In this document: positions 47,701 through 56,844 of the stretch, one piece after another | How the letters are laid out: every line of letters starts with the position of its first letter | How positions within the stretch are numbered: the stretch's first letter is position 1 | Source: Klebsiella phage Sugarland | DNA: 64,000 nucleotides | Direction: 5' to 3' (one strand) | Sequence record: NC_042093.1 | The notes under the pieces: generated by a model | The model's input: the letters and a program-made list of their open reading frames with translations, nothing else | Told to the model about the DNA's origin: nothing | Databases searched by the model: none | Translations under genes and position numbers: made by a program

Positions 47701-49175
47701 CCTGTCTTCGCCCCTACGATAGAACCAAACTGCTCTAGACGGTTAAGCTGATCCCCCATCTTTAACTGATCAAAAGCTGCTTTCAGTACGTAGAGGTTGG
47801 ACGCCAATGCACCATATAAGAGCGGCATAGGCCCAGTTACCATAGCTAGAGCTGCGAAGTTTCTTGTGGCACCACGAGCGGACCCTGAGGTATTACCTAG
47901 CGCCCTTGATGCCCTTCCAGCAGCGCTACCAGTGCCGGTTAACGTAGAGTTTAGACCACCTAGTCCTGTATTTACATCCCGAACCCCTGCGTTAAGGTCG
48001 GTCAGCTTGTCGGACACTTTGTCTGTGCTTCTTGCCATATCAGACATAGTGGTATTCATCTTGTTACCCATAGCGTCAATAGCAGCTACTATCCGGTTCA
48101 TCTCGGCTACCATAGTACCCATATTAAAACCTGCAGCACCTCCGCCACCACCCCCAGTTTGTCCTAAGCGAATGCGTTTTGCAATCAGCTTATCGATTGC
48201 AGCAGCGGATCTAATTGCAGCTGCCTCTATTGCATTTAGCTCTGGAACTACTTTCTGGAAGTTATTGATCATCCTGGTAGAGGAAGACGCAGATTTAGTA
48301 GCCATATCCTGGAAGCCTTTAGAGAATCCCCTCTCAAGTATTTGGGAGGTAGACGCTAGCTTGGTTTCCAAAGCGTTTAAGGATTGTGTAATGGCTTTAA
48401 ACTGATTAGGTAGCTGTAGTACTCCTCTCCCTGCTTGAATTTTGGCTAAAGCTGAGTTTACCTGATTCGCCGCTTTTACTAGTAGGTTGAGCTGTGGGAT
48501 AACGCCCTTCACAGAGTTACCTAGTGGGTTTAGCCCACCAACGCTGCTCATAGATGCGAAAGCCCTACTTAACTGTCCTAGGTTGGCCTCTATACCAGAT
48601 ACCGAGGCTTCCAGATCTGCTTTCAGCTTAGTCATGGATGCACCAAGTTTATTAACGGATGTAGAAGTATTAGCCAGGTTAGTACCTGCTTTGATCTTAG
48701 AGAGCGCCGAAGCTGCCTGGTTAGCGTTGGCAGAAAGCTCCGCTAAGATTTTGTTAACTTTGTCTAAGTGAGGAGACGATGACGTCATCGCAGCAGTAAT
48801 ATCAACACCCATTTTATTAGCACTAGTGCTAATATTATTTAACTGGGATGTGATCCTTAACACAGACTTCGCTAGTCCAACCTCAAACTCAGTGAACTTA
48901 GTCCCTAACATACCGATAGAGGAAGCTAGGGTTGTTAAACTAGTAGTTGATGCCAGTTTCTCCAGAGATTTCTGAGTCCTAGATACCGAACGCTCCACTG
49001 TAGTGAACGTTGCAGGGAGCTTGCCTAGACTCTGGTTAAGCCCCTCGGAACTTTGAGTGGCACTCTCCAAGGCAGCTTCAACATCCCTGATCTGTTTAGC
49101 GGCTTTGGATCCACCACGCTGCTTGATGTCTACAAGTAACTCTCGTATTAGTCTATCTGTCATGATTTTTTCCAA
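44706..49175 (-). CDS. tail tape measure protein (pb2-like)
   Basis: 1489 aa, predominantly alpha-helical repeat composition, GGGGGAAG glycine hinge, C-terminal globular part. Confidence 0.85.
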   Translation of the reverse strand: MEKIMTDRLIRELLVDIKQRGGSKAAKQIRDVEAALESATQSSEGLNQSLGKLPATFTTVERSVSRTQKSLEKLASTTSLTTLASSIGMLGTKFTEFEVGLAKSVLRITSQLNNISTSANKMGVDITAAMTSSSPHLDKVNKILAELSANANQAASALSKIKAGTNLANTSTSVNKLGASMTKLKADLEASVSGIEANLGQLSRAFASMSSVGGLNPLGNSVKGVIPQLNLLVKAANQVNSALAKIQAGRGVLQLPNQFKAITQSLNALETKLASTSQILERGFSKGFQDMATKSASSSTRMINNFQKVVPELNAIEAAAIRSAAAIDKLIAKRIRLGQTGGGGGGAAGFNMGTMVAEMNRIVAAIDAMGNKMNTTMSDMARSTDKVSDKLTDLNAGVRDVNTGLGGLNSTLTGTGSAAGRASRALGNTSGSARGATRNFAALAMVTGPMPLLYGALASNLYVLKAAFDQLKMGDQLNRLEQFGSIVGAKTGTPIQSLAVALQEATGHAVSFEEAMRQASTAAAYGFDAKQISEFALVARRAAATLGVDMTDALNRVIKGVSKQEIELLDELGVTIRLNDAYAEYVKKLNAANTGITYNIQGLTSFQKQQAYANAVVAESTKRFGYLDEVLRATPWEQFAANADSALRKVQQAAAKYLGPVIASINAAFYTSKASVSAEAATAQQESIKQMDGKDSNAVVMNLEASQKGLDDAVKAKEEVKNKLAALNKEIMDREAKMDMSTTLATAANYSGFGNLFTLGASKANKEFTQQTADMRRQAYMLQQELADSAGAIQKWKDARDSALSKAQKENPELAGKLNIAQNVEASNGLYTFDNAALDGAVALRKEFNNIKKTSGDLSNDIQNFAQDSNTASRATAALGDALKAVESLAGGSTEKANQMTKDLNLGYSTVTEMNTAYKAMSNYQKIVNDEAKSKLDVEKRIAEVYAATRNKDKAEEAGRALEMQQLSAKKEALKAVLATNKDNQAIQKELTLLETEELKVKNQGMEATKKEKFYKDKIVGIDREIALLNNRTMTDSQYNVANLKLNLEVEKDRLALLKTQADKEKEAEQSRRNIAAIEREIWKEQLDRNAKTAEMRKEEFERNQSMKPLMGESQKMQEQLAFYQEMKEFTKGNADEQARWSKEIANTVAQMAALKAQRNAQMMDRVGQSLGADYTPTTGLEGEDKKFADMENQMASYDTAISKLSQLNSEATATAQSMGNLANAMIQFSQGSLDTTSMIAAGMQTVSQMISYGTNQQISAIDAAIAAEQKRDGKSEQSKNKIKKMEAEKIKLQQESAKKQIIIQTAVAVMQAATAVPYPFSIPLMIAAGLAGALSLAQASSATGMTDIAGSGGETASYLTLGERQKNVDVSMGANAGELSYVRGDKGIGSANGFIPRAEGGNTYPGVSYKMGEHGTEVATPMVPTKVTPADKVASETSSGGARRPVNLNIQAMDAKSFMEYALENPAAFQAAVELALNEQGLSLKNLN

Positions 49176-49206
49176 TAAAAAAGGCCTAGGGCATTAACCC
49201 TAGGCC
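49176..49206 (-). terminator. rho-independent terminator or attenuator between tail chaperone gene and tape measure gene
   Basis: GGCCTAGGG-TTAATG-CCCTAGGCC then TTTTTT on the minus strand. Confidence 0.65.
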
Positions 49207-49247
49207 AAGCCTCACGTGGAACGCCCGTTGGAGGAAAATGTAACTCA

Positions 49248-49676
49248 CTATCTGCTAGAAGACTTCATTTTAGACTTCTTAATAGCTGCTTCAACACGTT
49301 TGCGAGAGGCTGCCACAGCATGTGAGTCGAATATGTTGATGATCTGGAGTATAAGACTCTTCTCATCTGGATCCTCGACACCGTAGACATCGAAGAAAAC
49401 TAAAAGGGCACTCTTATCTTTACCTAAATAGGTTGGATAATCTCCTGGAATATAATTATCAGATAAGTTATTATAAATTGTAAGAGCAGTTTGAGCGATT
49501 TCAGGAAAGTCATGTATCTCCACAAACCGTTTGAGAACATCGGGGTTGGGTTCCTCCCCCAATGATTCACACATAGTTAGATACTGCTCTTTTGTTATTT
49601 TGGAGTCTCCTCCTTTAACACATCGTTCTGCGAAGGCATCAATCTCCTTAAGCAGTCGGTTCCTGTTTTGAGTCAC
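49248..49676 (-). CDS. tail assembly chaperone candidate (T-like distal ORF; GTG start)
   Basis: 142 aa. Immediately upstream of the tape measure. Overlaps the preceding ORF by 29 nt. Confidence 0.4.
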   Translation of the reverse strand: MTQNRNRLLKEIDAFAERCVKGGDSKITKEQYLTMCESLGEEPNPDVLKRFVEIHDFPEIAQTALTIYNNLSDNYIPGDYPTYLGKDKSALLVFFDVYGVEDPDEKSLILQIINIFDSHAVAASRKRVEAAIKKSKMKSSSR

Positions 49677-50070
49677 GAAAAGTGTCTAGGTGGAAGACGG
49701 TGCTATTCATCCAGGTTTCGAAGGCGCTAGAGTTACGTACCAGCATTACGGCGTTGTCGATGCTAAACTCTACCTTATCGCCTAGGCGGTCTTCAGGCAC
49801 GTCGATAAGCATCAGTTTTTCAACATCCGCTACTGTAAGACCTTCCCAGCCTTCAATTGCTACTTTGACGAACTCTTCTGCGAATTTATCGTCATTCTGA
49901 ACCTTTACAGCAATACCATTAACAAACTGGGTCTCCTGCGCAGCTTCCAGAATTTTCTTAGATAGCTTGCGAGAAACGTAGTTAATTTTTAGCTTAAAGT
50001 GCGGTAAGCCTGGGTACGCGGTAGTAATCTGTTTGGTGTCCAGGGCAATGTCTTTCAGGTTAATACTCAT
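49648..50070 (-). CDS. tail assembly chaperone candidate (G-like)
   Basis: 140 aa. Sits between the tail tube region and the tape measure. Confidence 0.45.
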   Translation of the reverse strand: MSINLKDIALDTKQITTAYPGLPHFKLKINYVSRKLSKKILEAAQETQFVNGIAVKVQNDDKFAEEFVKVAIEGWEGLTVADVEKLMLIDVPEDRLGDKVEFSIDNAVMLVRNSSAFETWMNSTVFHLDTFRDSKQEPTA

Positions 50071-50073
50071 TTG

Positions 50074-50961
50074 TTAATCTCCAATTAGCTTTATTCGGAC
50101 AGGATCTGATTGCTCCGTAGGGACTACATCGTAATCGATCTTGTACACGTCGGTTAAGTCTAGGCGTTTTGTGATTTTAGTGGATGGAAAGTCCACCACA
50201 ATATATTTATTTCTGATTTGTACCGGTAGGCCCATATCAGGTTTAATGTTATGCGTGGAATCTATCTGAAGACTCTTCGCATAGTACATCGATATCAAAG
50301 CGGATGAGTTCAATTCGTTAACGATTGCCCTCCTATTATTATAAATCTTATTGATATCGAATAAACTTCTGTCGCCCCGCCACTCGCATTGCTGCTGGAA
50401 TGACATACCGGCTGACATAAGTCCTGGGAGCACTCTCCCCTTCGAAGATACCTGAGGTAATGAAAATGGTAGCACCTCACCTTGATCAAGCGTATAGCTA
50501 TTGAGTGGGTGGCCTACTTCCTCAAAGTATCCCGACTCGATACCAACGTTTAGCACCGGGACACTCTTATCCAGAGAAAAGTCACAGGTGGTAGCAAAAC
50601 AGTTATCGAAACGTAAGCTCGTGTTCTTGTTAATAATATATACAGAGAACATTTTGGGCTCAATATTATTACTGAACAAGGGCATCTGATACATTCCGTC
50701 TACCTCTATAAACCCCATCAACTCGAAAAATAGACCTTCGAGAGCATTGCTAGAGAAATTAAGAGTTAGAGAAATTGAAGAAGGAGACTGAGCAGTTATC
50801 TTCGAATAGGCGTAGTTACTGCGTCTGTGAATCGTCCTACGATTTGCTTTAAACTCTTCGTAGGACGTTCCAGCAGTGTAATCAGACAGGGCGTCAAATC
50901 CATACGCCCTGCCATCGTACTCGATGACTACTCTAGACTCCCGCATTAGGGAGTATAGCAT
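50074..50961 (-). CDS. minor tail protein (T5 p140-like)
   Basis: 295 aa. Position between the tail tube and chaperone genes. Confidence 0.4.
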   Translation of the reverse strand: MLYSLMRESRVVIEYDGRAYGFDALSDYTAGTSYEEFKANRRTIHRRSNYAYSKITAQSPSSISLTLNFSSNALEGLFFELMGFIEVDGMYQMPLFSNNIEPKMFSVYIINKNTSLRFDNCFATTCDFSLDKSVPVLNVGIESGYFEEVGHPLNSYTLDQGEVLPFSLPQVSSKGRVLPGLMSAGMSFQQQCEWRGDRSLFDINKIYNNRRAIVNELNSSALISMYYAKSLQIDSTHNIKPDMGLPVQIRNKYIVVDFPSTKITKRLDLTDVYKIDYDVVPTEQSDPVRIKLIGD

Positions 50962-50970
50962 TAGTTATCC

Positions 50971-52098
50971 TTATGGAGTGACCGGGTTACCATCACCAGA
51001 GGTAATTAGTTTCGCGATAGAAGTCTTGGTGTATTTAGAAGAGAAACCTAAGTAACCTTCGTCACCACTGTCCATCTGCGTCGGAATAGCTTTGAACTCA
51101 ATAGATACACCCAGCACGTCATCGGTCTCAATTGACGGGATATTCAGGTTAGCATGTTTAGCTACCAGAACGGCTGCCGGACGAGCAGTATCGTATTCTC
51201 CGCCTAGGATGATTGCCACCTCGAAGTCGTTCACGGCTTTCAGGTCAGATACCAGATCTTTATACAGCTGGATAGAACCGTTGGCAGCATCATTCATATA
51301 CGCTGTCAAGGAACCAGTCAGCTCGAAGGAACCAGTGAACGAACCGATAGGAACGTCAACACGAGACATGATGTTAGGAGTCAGGTACGTCACGTTGTTG
51401 TTCATGGTGAAAGAACCTCCCGTGATCGGGATGTTATAGGTTTTTCCGCCGGTAGCGTTGTTCTTCAGCTTAAGAATAGTCAGTTTGTTCTTGATATAAG
51501 AACTCTGAATCTTAGCATAAAGAGCATCGTCTATACCGATGGTTTTAGGATCGAACGGCTGTGCGGACAGAGTCTCTAAACGGGTGCCATTGCCTGACCA
51601 GGTTACACGCCCGATATCATCAATATCTACGTTAACCTCAGCCTGTCCAACCTGGCAATTACGGATCACAGACCAAGAATTGTCGGTCAGGATATAAATG
51701 TTCAACATAGCCAGCTCGTGGTACCCGTTGTCTTTAAAGTTGACAACCAGGTTAGTAGCGTTCTGGAATACGCCAGTAGTACCTGCTAGATTCACGGCAG
51801 CGCCAGTTGATAGTCCGTGCCACAGTAGGTAGTCCGGCAGGATTTGTTTACCTGCATCGTCATACGGCAGGATATAGGTGGAGAAGCTCCACTCAGCAGC
51901 GTTCAATGAATCGTTAAAACGCTGCGAACCACGGGTTGGTTTAGGGCCAGCCTCATTTAGGGTAATATCAGTGGAGTTACTGTCCTGGCTCCAGGAGACG
52001 TCATCCTGAACTAGGATCTCCTGAGTGTTGGTCTTAGTAAACCCCGTAGTAACGGTTGACACGAAGATTCGTGTATTACGTAATAGTTGTACAGACAT
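50971..52098 (-). CDS. major tail tube protein (pb6-like, shorter)
   Basis: 375 aa, beta-rich. Located where the tail tube gene lies in T5-like late operons. Confidence 0.5.
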   Translation of the reverse strand: MSVQLLRNTRIFVSTVTTGFTKTNTQEILVQDDVSWSQDSNSTDITLNEAGPKPTRGSQRFNDSLNAAEWSFSTYILPYDDAGKQILPDYLLWHGLSTGAAVNLAGTTGVFQNATNLVVNFKDNGYHELAMLNIYILTDNSWSVIRNCQVGQAEVNVDIDDIGRVTWSGNGTRLETLSAQPFDPKTIGIDDALYAKIQSSYIKNKLTILKLKNNATGGKTYNIPITGGSFTMNNNVTYLTPNIMSRVDVPIGSFTGSFELTGSLTAYMNDAANGSIQLYKDLVSDLKAVNDFEVAIILGGEYDTARPAAVLVAKHANLNIPSIETDDVLGVSIEFKAIPTQMDSGDEGYLGFSSKYTKTSIAKLITSGDGNPVTP

Positions 52099-52121
52099 TT
52101 AAATTTCTCCTGAGCTGTAAC

Positions 52122-52607
52122 TTATCTATCCAGCGCTCTTCTCAGAGGCATATACCGGACTGTTACGTTAACTTGAGCAAAACCAAACGGGGACAGTATA
52201 CCCTCGTCTGTGGACACCGACGTGATCTGCATGTCAGTGGCTTCAGAATCGATAGTTGAACCATCAGGTTTCATTATAGTATATTGTAAATTTCCTCCAG
52301 TGTCAATAGAGGTTTTTACATCCGCTATGAGTTTCTCAAGTTGCATGTTAATATCATCCTTTTCTTTATCATAGATAAGAATAGGAATTTCAAGGTAAAC
52401 CCACTGCTGTGCAGACGGCAGGTAGTTTCCAGTTTCGGTACCCACGTGGACTGCTATGTAAGGGAACTCATTGATCTGCTCAAACGAATAAGTCTGGCGG
52501 GATACGTTCCCATACATATTAGTAAAGAACTCTGTGGGATTACTCCCGTCCATGTCCTTCTTCAGTCGTTCCACTAGGGCATCAGCAATACTTGTTCTGT
52601 AATTCAT
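52122..52607 (-). CDS. tail terminator/completion protein candidate
   Basis: 161 aa. Assigned by synteny only. Confidence 0.35.
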   Translation of the reverse strand: MNYRTSIADALVERLKKDMDGSNPTEFFTNMYGNVSRQTYSFEQINEFPYIAVHVGTETGNYLPSAQQWVYLEIPILIYDKEKDDINMQLEKLIADVKTSIDTGGNLQYTIMKPDGSTIDSEATDMQITSVSTDEGILSPFGFAQVNVTVRYMPLRRALDR

Positions 52608-53368
52608 TATGTACCCTGATTTACTCTTATCCGGTATCTAGAGTGGATAAGGTCTCTTGCAGCCTTAGCGATTGCCTCGCCGATCAGCTTCTGCGGGTTC
52701 CTAGCACCAGGGAAAGGCCGTAGGGAAAGTCCGCGGTAGGTAGAGACGGCAGGATTGAACACAGAGTAAGGCTTAAGCATGTAGTTATACGTGATGTTGA
52801 GGTCAGGATTCTTTGCCCCTGCATCTTCTCTTAACAGCACGTCTTTAATCTTCAAGGAATTAGCGAAACGCCCCGTTCTAAATTTAAGGGGTGCCCCGGC
52901 TTTTTTCATATCCTTAACTAAATATTCTTTCGCTACGAGTTCAAGTAACGCTCTAAGGTTTGTGTTTGAGACGAAACGCCCAGAAGCGCCAGAAATAGCA
53001 CCAGCGTAACCGTTGTCAGCATCTGAAGGATCTCCAAAGTTAACCTCTACCCTACCGGTAGATCGTTTTCTTCCTATTTTGGATTTTTTACCAGTGATAC
53101 TATTTAGAAGGTTATCGATAACACCAACGTCACCCTCAAGGTTAAGTGACGACGAGACAGCTTTTAAAATAGAGGACGTCCGAACATTCAGTAAATCCTC
53201 CGATACCGGCTTGGTAAATCGGAAGGATACCTTGCCTATGGTGCCATCTTTATGGTTATCCATAGTTTCCGCACTATATATCACGGTGTTCTTGGTAGAG
53301 TGGCTACCACCACTCATAATGTCCAGCTGTTCTTTAACTATCTGTCGAGCTAGATCGCCCAACGCCAC
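52607..53368 (-). CDS. tail completion / head-tail joining protein candidate
   Basis: 253 aa. Assigned by synteny only. Confidence 0.35.
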   Translation of the reverse strand: MALGDLARQIVKEQLDIMSGGSHSTKNTVIYSAETMDNHKDGTIGKVSFRFTKPVSEDLLNVRTSSILKAVSSSLNLEGDVGVIDNLLNSITGKKSKIGRKRSTGRVEVNFGDPSDADNGYAGAISGASGRFVSNTNLRALLELVAKEYLVKDMKKAGAPLKFRTGRFANSLKIKDVLLREDAGAKNPDLNITYNYMLKPYSVFNPAVSTYRGLSLRPFPGARNPQKLIGEAIAKAARDLIHSRYRIRVNQGT

Positions 53369-53880
53369 TACAGCCTCCGGTACACTTCGATTATAGTACG
53401 GATGTGTTCCGGTACGCCAGATTTAGTAGTATTGAAAGTAACGGTTTCTCCGCCAAATGTACGAGACTCGCGATAGTCTTTCTTAACCCAATGATCAACT
53501 AGGAAGCATGCTGCTAGTACCAAGTCGTCAGGGATAGAGGTGAAGCCGGTCTGAGTAAACTCTACTTCCATATACCCCTCTGGGGGAGAGAATTTCAGCA
53601 AGAGCGTACCATCCGGGTAGTTCTTATATTGCGACTTATCGATCTCCTGATCGTTAATCGTAATTTTAGTGATCGTGCTAGGCACGGGAGAAGATAGGAA
53701 GTACTTTTTGCGTGCTGGTTTAGTAGGCAGAACGTCTACAACGTTAGCAGTGTCGTCAATACCTAGAAGCTGAGTAATCAGAGCATTAGCCGCTTTGATT
53801 AACATTGGGATATTTGACTCTAAGTCAGGACGTTTAAGGCCTCCATATGTTCTCCAATCAGAATCTGTCATGAATTGCAT
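53368..53880 (-). CDS. head completion protein candidate
   Basis: 170 aa. Assigned by synteny only. Confidence 0.35.
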   Translation of the reverse strand: MQFMTDSDWRTYGGLKRPDLESNIPMLIKAANALITQLLGIDDTANVVDVLPTKPARKKYFLSSPVPSTITKITINDQEIDKSQYKNYPDGTLLLKFSPPEGYMEVEFTQTGFTSIPDDLVLAACFLVDHWVKKDYRESRTFGGETVTFNTTKSGVPEHIRTIIEVYRRL

Positions 53881-53891
53881 ATTTTACCCAA

Positions 53892-53917
53892 TAAAAAAGG
53901 AGAGCCGAAGCTCTCCT
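53892..53917 (-). terminator. rho-independent terminator after major capsid gene
   Basis: GGAGAGC-TTCG-GCTCTCC with UUUUUU on the minus strand. Confidence 0.75.
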
Positions 53918-53938
53918 TTAGTCGGCAGTATAGCCAAA

Positions 53939-55321
53939 TTAAGCAGCGTAAGCACCAGCAACTACTCCGTTCTCGAAGAAACGCATCAGGTTCAGACGCT
54001 GAGTAACGTAGTACGCATCGCGCTGACGCTCAGCCTGACGCTCTTTCTCAACGGTGATTGCACGCTGACGAGGAACGATGAAGTTGTCACGGTAAACAAC
54101 TACACAGAACTCAGCACTTGCAGCCTTAGCTGGGAAGAATTCAGAAACCAGTACCGGCAGACCGTAGATACGACCAACCTGACCCTGCAGTTTGATAGCG
54201 GTGGTAGCGGTGACCTGTGCAACGTCCTGGAACTCTTCATCTTCGATCAGATCGTAATAAGCATCCATCGAAACAACCAGAGCCAGTTTGTTCAGATCCA
54301 GACCGTGGCGGCCCAGTGAACGACGCAGCTTGTGAATTTCTTTAGCGGTAACTTTAACAGAACCGTCAGCTTTAGCAGTAGTAGCAACTACTTTACCATC
54401 GTCTTTAGCGAACTGGATCAGACCTTTCGGAGTACCAGCAGCACCAGTACCGGTCAGGAACGCTTTTTCGATTGCGATAGCGTGAGCTTCAATCAGACGA
54501 CGACGCATGATCGGCAGCAGAGTGAAGATAGCATCTTCTTCTGTTTCGTCGGTCATATACGCTTTAGCCGCCAGTTTGTAAGTCTTGAAGGTGATTTCAG
54601 ACAGCTTGGTTTTGTCTTCCGCACCAACAGTAGCAGGAGTACCGTAAGTAGAGGCGTCAACCCAGCTAGCTTCACCAGCTTCCGGCTCAACCATCATGGT
54701 CAGCAATTTGCTAGACATCGGCAGTTCTTCGAACATGGTACCGATAATCAGTTTAGCCTGAATGTCACGCAGGATACGCAGGGAGAAAATGGTTTCGTAT
54801 GCTTCGGTAGAAACTTCGATAGAAGAAGAGCCGTTAACAGCTTTCAGGTGGGCTTCGCCACGCTTAGTACCGAATACATCTTTCTGCATTACGTAGGACA
54901 GAAGAACCAGTTTCTCAACTTCGTCTTCGAAATCTTCCTGCTTACCAAACATTGCCTTAGCAACGCCATCAGCTACGAAAGAGCGACTATTTTCACGTGC
55001 GGCCAGCAGAGATTTGATTTCTTCTTTCAGACCAGTGATTTCTTCCTGCTGGGAGTTCATTGCTTTAACGAACGCTTCAGCGGACTGTTTGGATTTCTCA
55101 TCCAGGTTTTTTACAAGCTCCAGAGCTTCTGCCAGGTTTTTACGGTCTTCACCAGTTGCTTTAGCAACCAGGTCTTCCATACGCTTGAGTTCTTTAGCTT
55201 CCTGCTCAGCAGCAAATTTGCGAGCTTCTTCAGCTTTCTGAGAGGCGGTTAGACCTTTAAGCTGCTCAGCAATGTCACCCAGGCCCAGATCTTTAGACAG
55301 TTGTGCGATATCGTAAGACAT
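53939..55321 (-). CDS. major capsid protein (HK97 fold) with N-terminal scaffolding Delta domain
   Basis: 460 aa (T5 pb8 458 aa). First ~150 aa are a coiled-coil. Highly optimised codons. Confidence 0.85.
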   Translation of the reverse strand: MSYDIAQLSKDLGLGDIAEQLKGLTASQKAEEARKFAAEQEAKELKRMEDLVAKATGEDRKNLAEALELVKNLDEKSKQSAEAFVKAMNSQQEEITGLKEEIKSLLAARENSRSFVADGVAKAMFGKQEDFEDEVEKLVLLSYVMQKDVFGTKRGEAHLKAVNGSSSIEVSTEAYETIFSLRILRDIQAKLIIGTMFEELPMSSKLLTMMVEPEAGEASWVDASTYGTPATVGAEDKTKLSEITFKTYKLAAKAYMTDETEEDAIFTLLPIMRRRLIEAHAIAIEKAFLTGTGAAGTPKGLIQFAKDDGKVVATTAKADGSVKVTAKEIHKLRRSLGRHGLDLNKLALVVSMDAYYDLIEDEEFQDVAQVTATTAIKLQGQVGRIYGLPVLVSEFFPAKAASAEFCVVVYRDNFIVPRQRAITVEKERQAERQRDAYYVTQRLNLMRFFENGVVAGAYAA

Positions 55322-55334
55322 TATTATTTCTCCA

Positions 55335-55943
55335 TTATCCTTTAGCGTAACCAGCGGCTACTAGGAATTTCTCTAAATTAGAAAGTTCAGGTTGTTCAAC
55401 AGGCTGGACCTGCGAAGATTTTACAAAAGACTTACGAAGCTCCATGTAATCATTATGGTTTACAGACTTCGAAAGGCTAAAAGTTGAGTCTTGGTTGCAG
55501 GGAACCGAGACTACAGAGATCTCGAGTAACTCCAGATCTTTAATAATGAACGTTTCAGTCATATCGTCCCATTCGGCGTCTTTGATATAGAAGCCTACCG
55601 AGAACGTTTTAAGAACTTCATCACGTATTAATGAGTAAATCTGTAGATCAGCAGCACTTACCTCACCCTCAACCATAAGTCCGGACTCGGTTGGCACCAG
55701 GTCTAGGATCTTACCAATTGGGCGGCTATGGTTATGGCCGAAAAGCATGATCGGGTTCTTCATAAAATTCTTGAGGGCGTTACTTGTAGTCCACGCTTCG
55801 GAGAGAATAACGTCGCCGGCGCGGTCTTTGGTAATCGTGTTAGCATACCCTTTGATTTTTAAAGGAGGATTATCACCCTCACCGACAGCTTTAACAGATT
55901 TAATCTCAGCATTAAGATTAATATTCTGCATCGTTTGCTCCAA
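55335..55943 (-). CDS. prohead maturation protease
   Basis: 202 aa. Sits immediately upstream of the major capsid gene, as for T5 pb11. Confidence 0.65.
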   Translation of the reverse strand: MEQTMQNINLNAEIKSVKAVGEGDNPPLKIKGYANTITKDRAGDVILSEAWTTSNALKNFMKNPIMLFGHNHSRPIGKILDLVPTESGLMVEGEVSAADLQIYSLIRDEVLKTFSVGFYIKDAEWDDMTETFIIKDLELLEISVVSVPCNQDSTFSLSKSVNHNDYMELRKSFVKSSQVQPVEQPELSNLEKFLVAAGYAKG

Positions 55944-55976
55944 ACACTTTCGTGTTGTTCCTCAGTTTTCAGATAC

Positions 55977-56005
55977 TATTATTACATACCAGATCGCGAA
56001 TGTCA
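55977..56005 (-). promoter_or_regulatory. minus-strand promoter for protease and capsid genes
   Basis: On the minus strand: TTGACA, 16-17-nt spacer, AATAAT. Confidence 0.35.
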
Positions 56006-56090
56006 AAAGATATTTGAAAATCCCATACGGTGTGTGGGATTAGTGGGCAGTCGAAATTGGTTACACTGAAAATAGCTATGCACTAGCGTA

Positions 56091-56118
56091 GAAAAATGGG
56101 GAGCCTAAGCTCCCCATT
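56091..56118 (-). terminator. rho-independent terminator
   Basis: ATGGGGAGC-TTAG-GCTCCCCAT then TTTTTC on the minus strand. Confidence 0.7.
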
Positions 56119-56127
56119 TAACAGGTA

Positions 56128-56844
56128 TTACACAGGTGCCTTAACTGTTACTGTTACTGTTGCAGTGTCGGTCTTATTGCCGTCAGCCGTTCTAACAGTA
56201 ATAACTACGGTACCATTCGCAGCCAAGTTAGCAGGAACAGTTACCGTACCATCCGCAGCTACGGTAGCTTTGGTGGTATCAGCAGAAGTGTAAGTTACAG
56301 ACTTATTGGTTGCGTTAGCTGGGGCTACGGTACCAGTAAGTTTGCCGGTCTTACCTGCTTCGATTGTAATAGTCTTTGGTGACATAGTGACACCGGTAAC
56401 TGCTACAACAGGAGCCTTGACCTGAATAGACACTTCACTCGATTTACCACCTGCAGTGGCAGTAATTTTAACAGTGCCTGCCTTAGACAGGGCTGTTACT
56501 AATCCTGTTGAGCTCACAGTAGCTAGGGTAGCATCGCTAGTATTCCACGTTACAGTTTTGTTATCTGCGTTTACTGGTAGAACCGTTGCAGTAAGCTGTA
56601 CGGTCTTAGTATAATCTAAGGATGCGGGAGCGCCTGTGATACTAACAGAAGTTACCGGTACTGGTTTAGTTGCTTCTGCGTAGGCTTCCTTAAACTGCTT
56701 CCAGGTTTTACGGTTAGTCGCAGCATACCCGTATTCCTTACGCAGGATCTGGTAGGTGAGGTGTGCCTTAACAGTAGCCAGCACATTGTGCGCCTCTGGC
56801 AAGCCGTTTGGGAATAGTGCTTTTAATGCTTTATAGTCAATCAT
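56128..56844 (-). CDS. capsid decoration-like protein with two bacterial Ig-like (Big_2) domains
   Basis: 238 aa. Two ~80-aa T/V/A-rich repeats (VTVTVKAPV-type) typical of Big_2 folds. Confidence 0.5.
   Translation of the reverse strand: MIDYKALKALFPNGLPEAHNVLATVKAHLTYQILRKEYGYAATNRKTWKQFKEAYAEATKPVPVTSVSITGAPASLDYTKTVQLTATVLPVNADNKTVTWNTSDATLATVSSTGLVTALSKAGTVKITATAGGKSSEVSIQVKAPVVAVTGVTMSPKTITIEAGKTGKLTGTVAPANATNKSVTYTSADTTKATVAADGTVTVPANLAANGTVVITVRTADGNKTDTATVTVTVKAPV

Noticed and set aside
54332-55252. 306-aa plus-strand ORF
   Set aside because: Antisense to the major capsid gene. Low-complexity F/S-rich translation.
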